This document shows, in pieces, positions 18,004 to 27,164 of a stretch of DNA of 61,243 nt. A program made the translations under genes and the position numbers. Source of the stretch: a virus (taxonomy: Duplodnaviria; Caudoviricetes); the IMG/VR virus record IMGVR_UViG_3300036850_000032, positions 1 to 61,243 of that record. One strand, given 5' to 3'. The first letter of the stretch is position 1; every line of letters begins with the position of its first letter. Under the pieces are notes generated by a model. It was given only the letters and a program-made list of their open reading frames with translations, was not told where the DNA came from and did not search any database.

Positions 18004-18090
18004 AGTGGTAGAATCGGAGCGAGTCGAGGCCGACAGGGTTGTGACCCCCTGCCGACCTCTAACCAGCACGCAGTAGGAGCTGCGCACATG
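18004..18090 (+). promoter_or_regulatory. extended -10 promoter and structured two-hairpin leader
   Basis: TGG-TAGAAT; hairpin GAGGCCGACAGGG...CCCTGCCGACCTC; hairpin CGCAG-TAGGAG-CTGCG around the RBS. Confidence 0.55.
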
Positions 18091-18423
18091 GCTGAGAATC
18101 AATCTAGTCTACCCCAATCCCGACAATCTAGCCCCGCTGAATTTTCGCCTGCGAGCCGCTATGCCGTAGGTCGCCAGCCCTGCGCGAACTTCACGCCGAA
18201 GGACGAACTGTTCCCCGGCAGCGGCAACGTCCACGAGTGCCTTGCACCGTTCGGCGCTCCGATTGAGGAGCGATGCGCCGTGACGCGCGGGGGCCTCGTG
18301 TCGTTCTGCACCAACTGTAATCGTGATCACCATCAGGACGGATACGAGAACTGCGACGGTTACTGGTCGAGGCCGTTGCGACCCATCGCGAAACCCGAAG
18401 CTAAGCCCAAGGTGCGCCGATGA
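18088..18423 (+). CDS. hypothetical Cys/His-rich protein
   Basis: AGGAG RBS; CTNCNRDHH. Confidence 0.55.
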   Translation: MAENQSSLPQSRQSSPAEFSPASRYAVGRQPCANFTPKDELFPGSGNVHECLAPFGAPIEERCAVTRGGLVSFCTNCNRDHHQDGYENCDGYWSRPLRPIAKPEAKPKVRR

Positions 18424-18463
18424 GCGCCACCCCTCGCCCGTGGACAACCGAGGGTCGCGAACC

Positions 18464-18664
18464 ATGACCTTACAACGCATCTTGCGCGTGACGCAATCGC
18501 CCATGAACGCCGAGCGATGGTGCTTTGACTTGGTGTGCGGCCACGAGGCGTGGGTCACCAGTAAGCGGCGACCACAGACGATGCGGACGTGGCGCAATAG
18601 TGAGGGCGAGAAAATGATCAGCCCGCGCTCAATGCCGTGCCCGAAGTGCAAGAGTGAACCATGA
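18464..18664 (+). CDS. small zinc-ribbon protein
   Basis: LVCGH...CPKC; ATGA overlap with the replication gene. Confidence 0.55.
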   Translation: MTLQRILRVTQSPMNAERWCFDLVCGHEAWVTSKRRPQTMRTWRNSEGEKMISPRSMPCPKCKSEP

Positions 18665-19452
18665 CCTGGGTCAAGTTCGACGACGGCTTCCCTGAGCACC
18701 CCAAGGTACTCGGCCTGTCCGATACCGCGTTCAGTCTCCACGTCCGTGCGATCTGCTACGCCGCCCGCAACCTGACCGATGGAATCATTCCCCGCGTCTG
18801 GCTCAAGGGCGCGAAGGCCGCGATCCTCCTAGCCGTCCAGCAGCTGATCGAAGCCCGACTGTGGACCGAACACCCAGACGGATGGGAAGTGCATGACTAC
18901 CTCCAGTACCAGCCGAGCCGCGCGAAAGTCGAACAGCAGCGCGAGCAAAACAATACGCGCGTGAAACGGCACCGTAACGCATTACAGCCGCGAGACTGTA
19001 ATGGTAGTGAAACAACACCCCGTCCCGTCCCGTCCCGTCCCGAAGATCCAATCAACAGATCGGATCTTACGGGCGCTCTACCGGTAACACCGCCTGCGCG
19101 CGCGACTTCCGCCGCCGGCATGTCACCACTCGCATGGGGAAATAAGCACTCCGATCATATAAGCGGTTTCTGTGATTGGATGTGTTTTCCTTCGGATTTG
19201 GCTGGGCAATTTGCATCACGGTTCAATCCGAGCGATCCGGACGCTGGGCTAGTGGATGTGCGCGACTGGGCCAAGTCTGTCCGGCGCTCGTGGGAAGAAA
19301 GCGGACGGGTTCCTGCCGGCACGAAGTGGTACGACTGGTGGAACGACCGCTGGACTGAGGCGCACGGCGACGGAAAACCCGTCACGGATGGCGCGGCCGG
19401 CAAGCAACGGCGGACGCGTGAAGCCCTCACCCGCTTCGTGGAGCACGGCTGA
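18661..19452 (+). CDS. phage replication initiation protein
   Basis: MTWVKFDDGF.EHPKV..LSD.AF.L.V..ICY...N.TDG; WEVHDY..YQ; central repeat-rich linker. Confidence 0.75.
   Translation: MTWVKFDDGFPEHPKVLGLSDTAFSLHVRAICYAARNLTDGIIPRVWLKGAKAAILLAVQQLIEARLWTEHPDGWEVHDYLQYQPSRAKVEQQREQNNTRVKRHRNALQPRDCNGSETTPRPVPSRPEDPINRSDLTGALPVTPPARATSAAGMSPLAWGNKHSDHISGFCDWMCFPSDLAGQFASRFNPSDPDAGLVDVRDWAKSVRRSWEESGRVPAGTKWYDWWNDRWTEAHGDGKPVTDGAAGKQRRTREALTRFVEHG
18961..19042. repeat. putative replication origin inside the initiator gene
   Basis: Perfect IR CATTACAG/CTGTAATG (18980-19003) flanked by two GTGAAAC; (CGTCC)x4 at 19021-19042. Confidence 0.45.
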
Positions 19453-19943
19453 TGGAACAACTTAAGAGCATCGCGGATCGTGTCCTGGCGGGACATGTGG
19501 AGCCGCGCCCGAGCACGTCACGGGAAGCCCGCCAGCAGTTTGCGAAGGCGCTCGATCACCTCGCTGCGGCCTACCGTCACGAGATGGTTGATGAGGCCGT
19601 GGCGGTCTACTGGCACGCGCTGAAAGACATCCCGCTTGAGATTCGCGCGGAAGGGATGAGCCGGTGCGCGGCCACGTTGAAGTTTTTTCCGACCGTGGCC
19701 GAGCTCCGGACAGCCTGCTGTGACGTGGTCGATGAGCGGCGGAAGCGCGCGGCCGTGACCGCGAAGGTGATTCAGGAAGGGTGCCTGGTGTGCCTCGGGA
19801 CGGGCTGGCAGAACGTCACCGTCAACGGCGAACTGAAGGCGGCGCGCTGCGATTGCTTCAAGCGTGCGCTCAAGTTGGTGCAGGACGCAGGGCAGGCGAT
19901 TCAACGGCCAGCCCTCGTGGAGCATCAGGAAGATCCGCTGTGA
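19452..19943 (+). CDS. helicase loader/inhibitor-like protein with Zn finger
   Basis: YW..L.D...KFFPTVAELR motif; C..C.GTGW...RCDC; follows the initiator. Confidence 0.65.
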   Translation: MEQLKSIADRVLAGHVEPRPSTSREARQQFAKALDHLAAAYRHEMVDEAVAVYWHALKDIPLEIRAEGMSRCAATLKFFPTVAELRTACCDVVDERRKRAAVTAKVIQEGCLVCLGTGWQNVTVNGELKAARCDCFKRALKLVQDAGQAIQRPALVEHQEDPL

Positions 19944-19971
19944 TTCTCGATCAGCGAAGGGCAGGGAGCGA

Positions 19972-20184
19972 ATGACTCAACGCGAAGAAGGCTTGCTATG
20001 TGCTGCGAGGCAAGCCCGTCGCCGAGCGGAGGAATACCGCGAGTTCGGCAACAAGAAAAACCGCAGACGCATCGGAAGCGGCGATTGGCAGTTCAAGATC
20101 GCTGAGGAGTTAGACAATCTCGCGGCTTGGTGTGAGTGCGAAGCGAATACCTACACGGGCGCGAGTCTGGTGGTGATGCCATGA
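19972..20184 (+). CDS. hypothetical protein
   Basis: GGGAG RBS. Confidence 0.5.
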   Translation: MTQREEGLLCAARQARRRAEEYREFGNKKNRRRIGSGDWQFKIAEELDNLAAWCECEANTYTGASLVVMP

Positions 20185-20381
20185 AACCCGGTGACACCTC
20201 GCATGCCGCGATGGTCCGTTTGACGGACACCGAGTATGCCGAATTGCAGCGCTTGAAAGATCACTATCGGATCTCGCAACCCCGGGTGATGCGCATGGCC
20301 TTGTCGAAGTTGGCACGGAGATCCCGAGTCCTGGGCGATCGTGGGAGCTGGATAGGTACGAACGAGGGGCCGAGCAAATGA
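20181..20381 (+). CDS. ribbon-helix-helix-like regulator
   Basis: AAMVRLTDTEYAELQRL...SQPRVMRMAL. Confidence 0.55.
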   Translation: MKPGDTSHAAMVRLTDTEYAELQRLKDHYRISQPRVMRMALSKLARRSRVLGDRGSWIGTNEGPSK

Positions 20382-20917
20382 CTGAACCACGACAGAAGCC
20401 GGGCCGCTCGAAGCAGAACTACGTGACCCCGGACAACTTCATCAACGCGGTAAAAGCGCGACTCGGTATCACGCGGTTCGCGCATGACTTCGCGGCCGAC
20501 GCGACTAACCGGAAGGCGTTGACGCACTTTGATGAGGAAACCGACGCGCTGAGCGTGCCTCGATGGGAACTGTCGTTGGAACTAGGTGGCTGTCCCGTGA
20601 GTGGTCAGAACTGGGGCTGGTTGAATCCTCCATTCTCCAACATCGGCCCGTGGGCGAAGCGCTGCCGTGAGACAAGGAACGCCGGCGGATCGATCGCGTT
20701 CCTCGTGCCGGCCGCCGTGGGATCGAACTGGTTCCGTGATCACGTGGACGGACACGCGCTCGTGTTGTTGTTGAACGGTCGCATTCACTTCATGCCGGAT
20801 CGGCCGAATTGGGGCTATCCGAAGGACTGCATTCTGGCGCTGTTTTCGCCGCTGATTGCGCCTGGATACGAAGTCTGGACGTGGAAGAACACTGCCAAGC
20901 GGAGGACAGCCGCATGA
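20378..20917 (+). CDS. phage DNA N6-adenine methyltransferase (Dam-like)
   Basis: Y.TP, F..DFAA...N, WLNPPFS, FLVPA...NWF, GRIHF. Confidence 0.85.
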   Translation: MTEPRQKPGRSKQNYVTPDNFINAVKARLGITRFAHDFAADATNRKALTHFDEETDALSVPRWELSLELGGCPVSGQNWGWLNPPFSNIGPWAKRCRETRNAGGSIAFLVPAAVGSNWFRDHVDGHALVLLLNGRIHFMPDRPNWGYPKDCILALFSPLIAPGYEVWTWKNTAKRRTAA

Positions 20918-21207
20918 CAAACGATCAGCACGCAGCCATCTTAGACGCCCTCGCCCGCGATGAACGCGCGGATCAGGACGCCTCCGAAGACGACGCGCCT
21001 GAGTATGCGGCCGAGTGTGGGGAGAAAGCCGCCGCCTGCGAGGCTGGAGCTGCCGCCCTCAGGCGAGGGACGTGCCTCTGGACAGAGGATTCCTCGGGTG
21101 AGTACTGGACAAGCGAATGCGGCCAGACGTGGACCTTTTCGAACGATGGATCGCCCAGCGAGAACGGCATGACGTTCTGTTTTGGCTGCGGGAAGGAACT
21201 GGCATGA
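20914..21207 (+). CDS. hypothetical protein with C-terminal Zn ribbon
   Basis: C.W..D...W.SECG...FCFGCG. Confidence 0.6.
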   Translation: MTNDQHAAILDALARDERADQDASEDDAPEYAAECGEKAAACEAGAAALRRGTCLWTEDSSGEYWTSECGQTWTFSNDGSPSENGMTFCFGCGKELA

Positions 21208-21554
21208 GCCGTCCTCGCTCCGGCCATCACAAGTATGGGGCGGTCGCCACGACGGTTGACGGCATCCGATTCGCCAGCAAGAAGGAGAGCCTGCGCTACC
21301 TTGAATTGAAGCTGCTGGAGAAGGCCGGGGAGATTAAAGGGCTCGTGCTACAGATGCCGTATGACCTCCACGCATTCGGGGCGACATCGCCGCGCGACAA
21401 GCTGCTGGGGCGCTACATCGCTGACTTCTCCTACGTCAACACGCGCACGGGGCGTCATGTCGTGGAAGACGTGAAAGGCTTCAGGACGCCCCTGTATCGC
21501 TGGAAAAAGAAGCATGTCGAGGCTCAGTATGGCATCGAAATCGTCGAAATCTGA
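21204..21554 (+). CDS. DUF1064-family PD-(D/E)XK nuclease (resolvase-like)
   Basis: KYGA..T.VDGI.F.SK.E..RY..L; Y.ADF.Y...VVEDVKG..T..Y..KKK. Confidence 0.85.
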   Translation: MSRPRSGHHKYGAVATTVDGIRFASKKESLRYLELKLLEKAGEIKGLVLQMPYDLHAFGATSPRDKLLGRYIADFSYVNTRTGRHVVEDVKGFRTPLYRWKKKHVEAQYGIEIVEI

Positions 21555-21590
21555 AGCGGGCGCCAGGGCCTTGGCAGAGGAGTTGATCGG

Positions 21591-22175
21591 ATGACGCCGT
21601 TGGCGTTTTCAGCGTACTTGGTGACTTGTGAGACTACCGGCAAACGGTACATCGGTATCACGTCCGGAGATGTCGCACGACGTTGGAAGGACCACATTTA
21701 CTACTCTCGTCGCCGAAGGTCGCGAGCCTCAGCCCTTTCTGATGCCATCAGGAAGTACGGCCCAGAAGTGTTCTCTGTGTTGGAGGTCTGCGCGGCTCGG
21801 TCGCTCCAGGATGCCGTTGCGGTTGAGCGCATTCTCATTCAGCAATTCGGCACGTTCGCTCCTGTCGGTTACAACCTCACGCTCGGCGGTGAAGGGCGAT
21901 TTGGCTACAGGCCATCGCCTGAATCAGTAGAGCAGAGCGCAGCGAAGCACCGTGGGCGTCCATGCCATCCAAATACTCGGTTAGCTGGAAGGCGCACGCA
22001 TTTAGGGAAACAGAAGACGCTCCCGCATCGGGAGCGGATCGCCGCTGCAAAGAGAGGCGTTCATCGAAGCGAGGCGACCAAGGCGAAACTGCGTGCGTAT
22101 TGGGCCGCGCGTCGTGACCGAAACGAGTTCACGACATCACAGCCCTACGAACACCACGCCCGGAGAACTGCATGA
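21591..22175 (+). CDS. GIY-YIG homing endonuclease with NUMOD3-like repeats
   Basis: AYLVT...GKRYIGIT...RW..H; AIRKYG..F; GYN.T.GGEG; basic C-terminal repeats. Confidence 0.8.
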   Translation: MTPLAFSAYLVTCETTGKRYIGITSGDVARRWKDHIYYSRRRRSRASALSDAIRKYGPEVFSVLEVCAARSLQDAVAVERILIQQFGTFAPVGYNLTLGGEGRFGYRPSPESVEQSAAKHRGRPCHPNTRLAGRRTHLGKQKTLPHRERIAAAKRGVHRSEATKAKLRAYWAARRDRNEFTTSQPYEHHARRTA

Positions 22176-23011
22176 AACCACTGGCGGTGGATTTGTGCGC
22201 GGGCCTTGGCGGCTGGACAGATGGGCTACTCGCAGAAGGATGGGATGTCGTCGGGTTTGATATTGAACGCCATCAGTACGGAGATGCGCACTATCCGGCC
22301 CAACTGGTGCTGCAGGACATCCGCACGATCGACGGTCGGCAATTCCTTGGAAAAGTTTCGCTCATCGTGGCTTCGCCCCCCTGTCAAAAGTACTCGTACA
22401 TGGCGATGCCGTGGACTCGCGCGAAAGACTTGGCGCGCTGGTATCGAGATCCAGAACACCCGGAGCGCATCGTTGAATTGAATGAGCTATTTGACACCTG
22501 CTTCCGCATTGCAAGAGAGGCCAACTGTCCAATCGTCCTCGAGAACGTGCGTGGAGCTCAACCTTGGGTTGGCCGGGCACGCTGGATGTACGGATCGTTC
22601 TACCTCTGGGGCGATGTGCCGGCACTGATGCCGATCACGCGGAAACACGTCAAGGTGCCGACGATGGGCGCTGGCTGGTATCCGCCCGACCACCCGAAAC
22701 ACGTTCGCGGCCTTGCCTTCAACGGGCACGCCGATAGAAACCTGCGCGCCACGAAGAACGAAGGCGGCTCGTGGTTCGCCATCGCGCACAACACCACGAG
22801 CGGACACGGGCAGAATCCAGACGGGCGGAAAGCGCCAAGCGGAACGCAATGGTTCAATGACGGGCCGCGCACGCCCGATAGCCTCGCCAGCATGGGCGGC
22901 AAATCGACCGCCCGCAAGGCCGCCTCCGCACACATCGCGAAGATTCCGTTGGCACTCGCCAGACACATCGCCCGCGCCTGGTATCCGGTATGCGAGGCTC
23001 ATGCCGGCTGA
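22172..23011 (+). CDS. C5-cytosine DNA methyltransferase
   Basis: DLCAGLGG (motif I), SPPCQ (IV), LENV (VI). Confidence 0.8.
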   Translation: MKPLAVDLCAGLGGWTDGLLAEGWDVVGFDIERHQYGDAHYPAQLVLQDIRTIDGRQFLGKVSLIVASPPCQKYSYMAMPWTRAKDLARWYRDPEHPERIVELNELFDTCFRIAREANCPIVLENVRGAQPWVGRARWMYGSFYLWGDVPALMPITRKHVKVPTMGAGWYPPDHPKHVRGLAFNGHADRNLRATKNEGGSWFAIAHNTTSGHGQNPDGRKAPSGTQWFNDGPRTPDSLASMGGKSTARKAASAHIAKIPLALARHIARAWYPVCEAHAG

Positions 23012-23189
23012 TGACTCTCCGGCGTCCCAGGCCCAAGCGGACAAGCGAGCGGCCGAGGATCGTGCGCATCTCCGCGCTGCGGAAAAGCTGATGGTGAAAC
23101 TCTTAGATGGCGATCATCCCGTGAAGGTGAGAAAAGCCGTGTATGACTGGTTAGCCGCACAGGCGGCACGAGAGGACGGGAGAACGTAG
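23001..23189 (+). CDS. hypothetical protein
   Basis: Helical 62-aa ORF between the MTase and next gene. Confidence 0.45.
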   Translation: MPADDSPASQAQADKRAAEDRAHLRAAEKLMVKLLDGDHPVKVRKAVYDWLAAQAAREDGRT

Positions 23190-24623
23190 ATGACGACGAA
23201 GGACGACGATCTGGAATCCTGCGGAGACACCGAAGTCCCTGAGGCCGATGCGGAGGCGTTACAACTCTCTTCGCTGATTGAACGGATCGCGCGCGAGCGC
23301 GATAGAGCTCGGCGTCGTGCCAGCGAATTTAGAGCCCAAAACGAGCCCACGCACGCGTTCGGATGCGATTCTATTGCCGTCGTGCTGTCGGCCATTCTTG
23401 CCGATGCTGAATCAGCGAAGGCTCTCCAATCCGCCTCCGTGGCGGTGAATCAGAGCCGGGAGACTGTCACGACCCCAAGTCTTCCGCCGTCTTCTCCTCT
23501 CGCCCTACAGGCGGTCCCCGGTGACTCGTGGGCAGGCGTCGAGTTGATTGCGCGCGAGCGTCAGCGACAGATCGCCGTCGAAGGCTGGACTCCGGAACAC
23601 GATGACAGCCAAGAAGGCGCCGAGTTGTTGCAGGCGGCGGTCTGGTACCTCGACAACGGTGCCGAGTATGACTTCGGGCTGAGTGTGCCGCCGTGGCCGT
23701 GGGAGCGATCGGCATGGAAGCCGAGCGACGATCGCGTGGATCAACTCGCGAAGGCTGGCGCGCTCATTGCCGCCGAGATCGATCGCATTCAACGGCGGGA
23801 CACCCCCACAGGAGGATCAGATGAACCGCACACAAGCCCGGAAACGGAAGTCGCGGGCACGACCGAACGGGCAGAGGCATCCCACGAAATCGCTCCGCTG
23901 GTGCCGGCGGTGCCGGAAGTGGATCCCCGAGGACGAGTGGTGACGTGCCCTCGCCGATGCTCGGTGACGACGGATCGAAATGTGTGCGCGGCGGAATCAG
24001 GGCTGAGCATTACCGTGTGCTGCTGCGACTGCCACGCGGTATCGTCCTCATCCCCTGTGACGGCCGAGACGTTGATCAAGCGGCTGCGTGCCAACGCTGA
24101 ATTGCTGGAGCAAGCCTACCCGAACCTTGTTGAAGAAGCCGCAGACGCCCTCGCCTCCCTCACCCACGAGCGCCAGGAGGCCGAGACGCAGCACAAGGCG
24201 ACGCTCATCGGCTACGAGCAGGAAGCGGATCGCCTGACGGCTGAGGCTCTCGCCCTCCGTCAGCAACTCGCCGAGCGTGACGCGCAGATCGACCGGCTGT
24301 TGGCGAGGGTTGCGGGTGCTGAGCACTGCTACCGCGAGACTGCCGATCGCCTGGATACCCTCCAAGCCGAACAGTGTCGATTCTTCAACGCGAGAGAAGA
24401 CGAGTCTATTGCCGAGGCCGCTACAAGACGGTTTATGGAAGTCTCAAAGACGACTCGCGCAACCGCCATCGCCCACACGATCGATCAGGTGCTCCAGATC
24501 GTGCGGAAGCGGCACATCCCCGGTCATTCAGTTGTCACCCCGGTACTGCACACGATCGAGCAGGAAGTCGCCGCCCTCCGTCCCCAGACAGGAGAGACGA
24601 CGAACGAGAAGGACAAGGGGTGA
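23190..24623 (+). CDS. mosaic phage protein containing a conserved ER.RQ..EGW..EHDD...WPW...WKP...KAGALI.AEI domain and coiled-coil
   Basis: A widespread phage domain is recognisable in the middle, flanked by apparently fused modules. Confidence 0.65.
   Translation: MTTKDDDLESCGDTEVPEADAEALQLSSLIERIARERDRARRRASEFRAQNEPTHAFGCDSIAVVLSAILADAESAKALQSASVAVNQSRETVTTPSLPPSSPLALQAVPGDSWAGVELIARERQRQIAVEGWTPEHDDSQEGAELLQAAVWYLDNGAEYDFGLSVPPWPWERSAWKPSDDRVDQLAKAGALIAAEIDRIQRRDTPTGGSDEPHTSPETEVAGTTERAEASHEIAPLVPAVPEVDPRGRVVTCPRRCSVTTDRNVCAAESGLSITVCCCDCHAVSSSSPVTAETLIKRLRANAELLEQAYPNLVEEAADALASLTHERQEAETQHKATLIGYEQEADRLTAEALALRQQLAERDAQIDRLLARVAGAEHCYRETADRLDTLQAEQCRFFNAREDESIAEAATRRFMEVSKTTRATAIAHTIDQVLQIVRKRHIPGHSVVTPVLHTIEQEVAALRPQTGETTNEKDKG
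23821..23943 (+). CDS. nested out-of-frame small basic CxxC protein (40 aa)
   Basis: AGGAGG at 23810-23815 then ATG; MNRTQARKRKSRARPNGQRHPTKSLRWCRRCRKWIPEDEW. Confidence 0.4.
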   Translation: MNRTQARKRKSRARPNGQRHPTKSLRWCRRCRKWIPEDEW

Positions 24624-24654
24624 CCAGCGCCTCACGGTATACTGAGCCAGAACC

Positions 24655-25200
24655 ATGTCAGACAAGCCGCTGACGCCGAAACAGGCGCGTTTCGTGGCCG
24701 AATACCTCATTGACCTGAACGCGACCCAAGCCGCGATCCGTTCCGGGTACAGCGCGAAGACCGCGGCTGAGCAAGCTTCCCGCTTGTTAACCAATGTCAA
24801 GATTGCCGAAGCGGTCGCCATAGGCCAAGGCGCTGCGCTCAGAGCCGCTGGTGTGACCGCTGAGCGGGTCATGCTGGAGGCTGCACGTCTGGCCTTTTCC
24901 GACGTGCGCGGCCTTTTTGACGCGGAGACAGGCCGACTACTGGATGTGTCCGCGCTGAGTGAGGATATGGCGCGGGCGGTGGCCTCCGTTGAGGTGTTGC
25001 GCGAGAAGTCCACCCGGCGCGTCGGCGAGGATACCGAGACAGACACTCAAGAACAAGTGATGAAAATCCGCGTGTGGGACAAGCCGCGCAGTCTGGAGCT
25101 GCTCGCGCGGTGCCTCGGAATGCTGAAGGATAGGGTGGAGCACGGCGGCTCAATCGCGTTCATCAAGAAAATCGAGCATGTCCACGAGCCCGGCGCCTAG
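24655..25200 (+). CDS. terS: terminase small subunit
   Basis: LTPKQARFV.EYLIDLNATQAAIR.GYS.KTA...ASRLL; IA/LAFSD; K...DK..LELL. Confidence 0.93.
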   Translation: MSDKPLTPKQARFVAEYLIDLNATQAAIRSGYSAKTAAEQASRLLTNVKIAEAVAIGQGAALRAAGVTAERVMLEAARLAFSDVRGLFDAETGRLLDVSALSEDMARAVASVEVLREKSTRRVGEDTETDTQEQVMKIRVWDKPRSLELLARCLGMLKDRVEHGGSIAFIKKIEHVHEPGA

Positions 25201-26608
25201 CGATACCTGTCGCATGATTTGGCGCGGGAAGCACTCTGGCGCCCTCCTTGATACCACCACGCGCGAACTTGACATCGAAGGCGCCGTGCGCGCCGGCAAG
25301 ACTACCGTCTGCCTCTGGCGTGAACTGAACGCGTGTCTGGAACATCCTAGTATCTACGGTCTCCTAGCGCGGTGGACAGACACCGGCGTGTATGGGCTGG
25401 TGCTCCCCATCTGGCGCCGCATCTGCGAACAAGCTGGCGTCGCACTGAAGTGGCATCCCGATGAGGAGTACGACGAGCTGCCCAATGGTAGCCGCATGTA
25501 TGTGCGCGGGTTGAAAAGCCAGGACGCCACGCTGCGCTACAGCAAGTTCCGCGGGCTGACGCTCTCGAGAGTGTACGTGGATCAGGCTGAGGAAGTGCCG
25601 CAGGACGTGTATCTTGAACTGGCCGCGCGTCTCAGCCAAGCCGGATTCCCCCATCAGATCACGATTTCGCCGCAGTCGGTCGCGAATGACCACTGGATTG
25701 CCAAGGAGTTTCCCGAGGATAACCGCTTCCTGCCGCATCGCCGACTGCTGCAGTTGTCCGTGTACGACAACGCGCACAACCTTAGTGACGAGGTCATTCC
25801 GGCCCTGAAACGGCTGTATCCGCCTGAGCATCCTCAACATCGGACGCTGCTGCTGGGCTTGCGTGGGCTCAACGTCATCGGGGAGCCGGTCTACAAGGGC
25901 GCGTTTGTGCGGGCGATCCACGAGGCGACGGCTGAGTATGATCCGTCGCTGGCGCTCGAAATGGCCTTGGACTTCGGCAAGCACCACCCCTGCGCGGTGT
26001 TCCGCCAAGTGTCAAGCCTCGGCCAAGTGCGGTATCTGGGCGGGATTCTGGGCCAACAGCTGTATCTAGATGACTTTCTCGACATCGTGTTGCAGTATCG
26101 GGCGCAGTGGTTCCCGCAGCCGGTGGAACTCCGGGAGTGTATGGATCCGGCTGGGGCTGCGGACACCTCCCACGGGACGGATGGCGCGATTGTGACGCTG
26201 CGCAAGCGCGGGATGAAGCCGGTCTATGTGGAGGGGGCCAACTCGCCCGCGGTCCGCTTGGCGATGGTGGAACGGCTGGCAAGCCTGATGCGGAAGCGGG
26301 CCGCCAACCGGCAGGAGGCCCTGATCGTGAGCAATTCTGAGCGCTGGCTGAGGATTTCGGAGCAAGCGACGTTGGTGGATCGGTTCGTGGCGGATGCGTT
26401 CGAGGCGGGCTACGTCTGGGATCAGCACATGGTCTCAGTGGGGTCAAAGCAGATGCGCAAGCCGAAGAAGGACGGCTGGTATGAGCACGGGATGAACTGC
26501 TGCGAGTACCTGGAGTGCAACTTTGGCTCCGCGCCGCCGGTCAAGGAGCCCCCGAAGCGGGAGAAGCGGCCCCCGTTACAGGCGGGCCGTCAAGGGTGGA
26601 TGGCCTAA
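25178..26608 (+). CDS. terL: terminase large subunit
   Basis: Walker A GAVRAGKT, Walker B VYVDQAEE, nuclease LDFG..HP, DPAG; follows terS. Confidence 0.9.
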   Translation: MSTSPAPSDTCRMIWRGKHSGALLDTTTRELDIEGAVRAGKTTVCLWRELNACLEHPSIYGLLARWTDTGVYGLVLPIWRRICEQAGVALKWHPDEEYDELPNGSRMYVRGLKSQDATLRYSKFRGLTLSRVYVDQAEEVPQDVYLELAARLSQAGFPHQITISPQSVANDHWIAKEFPEDNRFLPHRRLLQLSVYDNAHNLSDEVIPALKRLYPPEHPQHRTLLLGLRGLNVIGEPVYKGAFVRAIHEATAEYDPSLALEMALDFGKHHPCAVFRQVSSLGQVRYLGGILGQQLYLDDFLDIVLQYRAQWFPQPVELRECMDPAGAADTSHGTDGAIVTLRKRGMKPVYVEGANSPAVRLAMVERLASLMRKRAANRQEALIVSNSERWLRISEQATLVDRFVADAFEAGYVWDQHMVSVGSKQMRKPKKDGWYEHGMNCCEYLECNFGSAPPVKEPPKREKRPPLQAGRQGWMA

Positions 26609-26613
26609 CCCCT

Positions 26614-26886
26614 ATGTCAGACATCACATTAACGGACACATCAGACAGCACCTCCGACACTGCAGCCGACGTGGATCGCCTGCTGACGGCGTCCCGCGGG
26701 GCGCATGAGCGCGCGAAGTCGGCACGCCATCACAAGCGCCCGGATGCGCTAGCCCTACTCATAGAAGCGCGCGATCTGCGGGTGCAGGCGCACCAGCTTG
26801 ATCCAGAGCACACGTCCCCGGCCTGGGCGTTGGAGGAGACGAGCCACGCGGCCTATATGGCGTTCTATCAGCAGAAGGTGCCGTGA
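26614..26886 (+). CDS. hypothetical protein
   Basis: ORF directly after terL. Confidence 0.55.
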   Translation: MSDITLTDTSDSTSDTAADVDRLLTASRGAHERAKSARHHKRPDALALLIEARDLRVQAHQLDPEHTSPAWALEETSHAAYMAFYQQKVP

Positions 26887-26888
26887 GC

Positions 26889-26918
26889 TTGTGGCTGTGA
26901 TTGTGGTATTGTGTGGGA
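26889..26918 (+). promoter_or_regulatory. extended -10 promoter with tandem 6-bp repeats
   Basis: TTGTGG-CTGTGA-TTGTGG then TATTGT (26907-26912) 6 nt before GTG 26919. Confidence 0.5.
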
Positions 26919-27164
26919 GTGGCGAAATCGGAGCCCACACACGAGTCCGTCTCGGTTCGACTCCCGCGTGGGTTGTGGGCGCGGGTACGGAGGCGGTCGT
27001 TTGATGAGCGCGTGCCGGCGTCGGTGCTCGTCGGGTTGGCAGTTGAGCGATGGCTGGCGAGCGTCGAGCAGTCGCCCGCGCGTCGAGCGCCCGTTGATGC
27101 TCAGGTGAAGGTTCGGCAGACGACCATGGAACCGGGCGGCTACACCTACGAGCCGGAAATCTGA
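26919..27164 (+). CDS. ribbon-helix-helix regulator
   Basis: ESVSVRLPRGLWARVRR.SFDE..PAS.LV..AVE.WL. Confidence 0.65.
   Translation: MAKSEPTHESVSVRLPRGLWARVRRRSFDERVPASVLVGLAVERWLASVEQSPARRAPVDAQVKVRQTTMEPGGYTYEPEI

Noticed and set aside
19021-19042. (CGTCC)n as a phase-variation tract
   Set aside because: Only ~4 units; encodes the RPVPSRP linker commonly seen in this class of replication proteins
26913-26975. tRNA-like words (GTGGCGAAATCGG, GGTTCGACTCCC)
   Set aside because: The T-stem does not pair beyond 2 bp, there is no acceptor or anticodon stem, and it lies within a credible RHH coding frame
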